From contig NW_002060945.1 in NCBI RefSeq assembly GCF_000150275.1, forward strand, positions 5,195,397 through 5,259,396: a stretch of 64,000 nucleotides of DNA, given 5' to 3'. The translations under genes and the position numbers were made by a program. Shown here piece by piece: positions 61,501 through 64,000 of this stretch. The notes under the pieces are model-generated. The model was not told the DNA's origin. It ran no database searches and saw nothing but the letters and a program-made list of their open reading frames with translations. Each line of letters opens with the position of its first letter. Position 1 is the stretch's first letter. Source of the stretch: Trichoplax adhaerens (lineage: Eukaryota > Animalia > Placozoa).

Positions 61501-64000
61501 TGGTCAGATTTGTTTGCCTTGAGAAACCTCCTTGATACATCAGTAATACGGCTTAGTGGACTATTTAGATTTATCTATAGCGTGTTAGAAGTAGAAACTA
61601 TAAGATTTATCTTGCTCTATTCCAAACGGTTGATAGACAAGGTAAGATAATCAGTGAATACGACAGTATACCTCAAATTCTTCAGAATTGATTATTTTAT
61701 AATGTGGTGCATCATCTAGGATTCGCCAACAAGAAATGCCGTAACCCCTGGCATTTGAAGGCGAGTCATCTATGAAAAGAGCTCAGTTTAGTAATAATTG
61801 CATTCTGTATTAATTATTTAAATACCAGTTCCGAATGCCTACTGTTATTTATAGAGCTTAGTCATATGCATTTTTATAGTAATTACATTGGTCATTTTTA
61901 GATTTACTGGGAGTACTTCCTCCAATAATTAAGATTCGATGATATTGATGAAATATAGCAGTAGAGACACCAAGCGGATGATATGGCAAGAAGGAAAAGG
62001 TATGGCATTCTTTGTAATTACTGCTTTCGCTAAATGTCCAAGTAATTGTGAAGTAATTAAATTAGCTTTATAGCCATAATTATGAATGATATTTCAAAGT
62101 GAAACATAATTTTAGACCTAATAAAGTAGCTTTGTAATTGTCCTTGAAAATCGATAGCTAACAATTGACTATTCCTGTAAGATGTGAAATAGATGAAAAG
62201 TTAGGAAATGGAATGAAAGCTGGCGGAGAGTTAACCATTTTACCAATGCGATGTTTGATGATAGTCGATGAATAATAGCGCAGCAATGGCACCGTCATAT
62301 CTACTTTCCTTTTCTGTTGGATCAGTACCAAACTAATAGAAATTTATCGAGAAGTTAATGACTATTGCGAATATCAATTTTATAGCCAAGATAATTAATA
62401 TCAACGTAAGAAATATTACGTATCAATAGGCTGCAAGTAAAAGGTTCCGCGTATCTATAAAAGTATCCGTACTCTAGTGTAGAAATAGTCACTATACTGT
62501 ACCTTTGATCTATTTATTGTGTATAGTAAAGTTCCACTCAAATCGAAAATGGATATATCTCCGGAACTAGAAAATAATTATTCAAATAATTTAGGGTGCT
62601 AAAGTTTTAGGAACACCTTTCATCATTAAAATGAAATATTACTGTTTTTATAACAGATATTCACCTATATGAACAAGCAATCAATGATGAATCGGGACTC
62701 CAAGCTATCTGCCTCCATCTTGGAAATGGATCCTGATGTACTAATTAGTACAAATTAAATATGAGTAAATGCATCATTCTATGGAAATATAAAGTTTATA
62801 ACACTGCTTGCTTATGACCATTTGGTATTTTTCAGGATCAAAAACACATAAATCATGTACATAAATCATTTATTACCTGCACAGGTTGCTACAACAGTTG
62901 AATAATCATCTTTAGCTGACCTTATGTAGTAATATGATACAGATTATCGTTATCAAATACAAGACATGCAATCACATAAAATAATATTTCGGATCTTATA
63001 GCAAAATTTTGTATAGCTACAGTATTGCTATAAGTTTACTCTATCAAGATACTGGTGCAATAATAATGTTGCAGCGAAGCCTATATGTACTTATTGTCAG
63101 TATCATACCTCAGCTCCAGACAAGTATCGGTTAGAATAGCAATTAAGCGACCATCGCTATTTAATCCCATAAAAAATAAAAATATAGCTTTTACAGGCGA
63201 TAATTGCATTATCTCCATTTATATAAAACAGTTTACACTGATAATCAATATAATACGAATATGTGTTACTCAGATTTAATATAATTCATCAAGTGAATAT
63301 TCTATAAACTTACTTATTTTTTGCGAATTTCCATTCAGCTTGTCGATTGATTAAATTACTGACAGTGGAAGGCACAGCAGAACTTGTAACTCGGGACCTA
63401 CAGTAGTTTGCGTATAGAAATATTGGTGTAATAATAGTTAATTAGTTCATCATAAAAATATGTACGATTGTTTATTTCAATTTCAATCGAAGAATTTATC
63501 GAGATTGGTTACCTTAATGTAGATGTAATGGCCTTGTAAGTCGATTTTACTTGATCTATAAGGATGTAATTGAGTAGAGACACGTTATAAGTTCGATTAA
63601 TATTTTTAAACTGTAGTAGTGATTAATGGTAGATTATTTAGAAGTATGTCTTCAAATTTCGAAAGTTTGGCTACGATAGACCAGGTCTTATAGCGATTGA
63701 ATTAATGAAATAATAGTAAAATTGTGAAAATTATTACGAGTGCCATAGTGTAGCAGTACAAGATTGATTGAAAAATTTCAAGAAAATATCTAGCTAAAGG
63801 CTATCAATATTGGAGAAGTACTAGTATAGATTTACTATGCATCTAGCAGACGTTGGGCTTCTCAACTAAATTCTTAGTTGCATATCGCTAACGTCAAAAG
63901 TAGTGATTGGTCGAGGATGACTGGAAATAAGCAATCGAGCTATTTTTTAATAGGTATTTAATTTTGAAGAAATCTAGCAGTAATTATGAACGTCTTACCA
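52539..64000 (-). CDS. NBAS: Neuroblastoma-amplified sequence (Sec39/NRZ tethering subunit), 5' end outside the window
   Basis: Many GT-AG exons including ORFs 57493-58815 and 55684-57126. Motifs LELRSAKDDYS, DPFPRWRQIAWSPD, GDISIFDLSG, LAILSNFPET, AAQEYFDSS, LGRGVDTARFAVDDEYKYDTILGLA, LEAGTL; stop 52539-52541. A minus-strand donor at 63997-63998 indicates a further exon beyond the edge. Confidence 0.93.

Overview
AT-rich, intron-dense eukaryotic (animal) DNA. The compact GT-AG introns, the gene set and the abundant TACAG/CTGTA pentamer tracts suggest a basal metazoan, most likely a placozoan such as Trichoplax (inference, not verified). I assembled eight spliced protein-coding genes by hand: a LIPA-family acid lipase (-), PDE3 (-), RABL2 (-), CCDC112 (+), HAUS6 (-), TMA16 (-), MAD2 (+) and NBAS (-, 5' end beyond the window). 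I saw no rRNA, tRNA, CRISPR or transposase. The main signals the genes do not explain are: (1) palindromic TACAG/CTGTA tracts concentrated at gene 5' ends and absent from convergent 3' ends, a candidate promoter element; (2) one such tract inside PDE3 intron 1 next to an in-phase candidate alternative first exon; (3) a U12-type minor intron in RABL2; (4) several long imperfect hairpins (~0.3-0.8 kb, 4.9-5.3 kb, 13.5 kb, 24.8 kb, 31.2-31.7 kb, 46.7 kb); (5) a ~10 kb gap (17.5-27.5 kb) with no recognisable gene but micro-exon-like splice signals; (6) Gly substitutions in conserved lipase motifs. All gene names rest on motif recognition from memory; no database search or folding program was run.
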